NCBI GenBank assembly: GCA_024421085.1
Contig: JAHQYN010000002.1
Location: forward strand, 16,871 to 80,870
DNA: 64,000 nt
Origin: Acidimicrobiia bacterium
GTDB taxonomy: Bacteria > Actinomycetota > Acidimicrobiia > Acidimicrobiales > Aldehydirespiratoraceae
Direction: 5' to 3'
Under the pieces are notes generated by a model, which was not told the origin of the DNA, made no database searches, and saw nothing but the letters and a program-made list of their open reading frames with translations. A program made the translations under genes and the position numbers. Shown here one piece after another: positions 63,644 to 64,000 of the stretch. How positions within the stretch are numbered: the first letter of the stretch is position 1; the number at the start of each line of letters is the position of its first letter.

Positions 63644-64000
63644 CAGTGCAACGGCCCTTCTCGCCAGACAACTTGAGTGACCGTGACAAACGCTGCACAG
63701 GCCACGCCCACAAGTCCGCCGACCAACGGCGTGAATCCTATGCCTGCGGCACCAGAGATCGAAGCGCACATCGCGGCCGGAATGAGCTGGATTACGACTT
63801 CGCGCACTTTGTGGGTGTGCAAGTGTCTCTCGCAGGTGGTTTCGGGTGTCGAATACGTGCGAAGGACCAGTCCCTTCGCCGTATGGTCATAGTAGCTCTT
63901 CGTGATATGCTCGGTTTGGCATCGTCTCTGGTAGTCCGCCGAAGCGCTCTGCGCGCCGTTCACAAGCTCCTCGATAAGCGGAGCGCCGCCAACGATCGCA
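63643..64000 (-). CDS. hypothetical protein, C-terminal part (the frame is still open at the window end)
   Basis: The frame stays open from 64000 down to the TGA at 63643-63645. C-terminal hydrophobic stretch IPAAMCASISGAAGIGFTPLVGGLVGVACAAFV. Confidence 0.35.
   Translation of the reverse strand, partial: AIVGGAPLIEELVNGAQSASADYQRRCQTEHITKSYYDHTAKGLVLRTYSTPETTCERHLHTHKVREVVIQLIPAAMCASISGAAGIGFTPLVGGLVGVACAAFVTVTQVVWREGPLH

Overview
High-GC, actinobacterial-type chromosome segment with no rRNA, CRISPR array, transposase or integrase that I can recognise.

**1-27.8 kb (metabolic/accessory mosaic)**
- A polyamine-type ABC importer (potA plus two permeases) with an Lrp regulator, class-III aminotransferase, C45 acyltransferase and GNAT.
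- lspA and an SRAP peptidase.
- A lower-GC islet carrying a DNA methyltransferase-HNH fusion preceded by three tiny ORFs.
- An RluA-type pseudouridine synthase, tRNA-Ser(CGA), an HpcH aldolase and a choline-sulfatase.
- A strongly low-GC single-gene islet encoding a multi-HTH protein, next to a DUF4143-type AAA ATPase.
- A mycofactocin-flavoured set: MftE-like creatininase, SDR, two paralogous Zn-ADHs and an MftF-like glycosyltransferase.
- MoxR-VWA, VapBC and an MFS transporter.

**27.8-62.9 kb (conserved transcription/translation superoperon)**
- Order: tRNA-Thr, tRNA-Met, ECF sigma/anti-sigma, tRNA-Trp, secE-nusG-rplKAJL-rpoBC-rpsLG-fusA-tuf-rpsJ, the S10/spc/alpha ribosomal genes, secY-adk-infA-rpmJ-rpsMKD-rpoA-rplQ.
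- Non-canonical features:
  - A tyrosine phosphatase sits between rplL and rpoB.
  - An antisense AI-2E transporter splits rpsJ from rplC.
  - There is no map gene.
  - infA has no ATG/GTG/TTG start.
  - L10, L4, L22 and S3 carry long low-complexity or repeat tails.
  - The S13 tail is atypical.

**62.9-64 kb**
- A lower-GC end holds small lipoprotein and membrane ORFs.

**Window-wide and candidates**
- Short tandem repeats of 12-35 bp are unusually frequent in both coding and leader regions.
- The best candidates for something undescribed are the MTase-HNH islet with its three micro-ORFs, and the low-GC multi-wHTH gene beside an iteron-fronted ATPase. Neither can be assigned a function from sequence alone.
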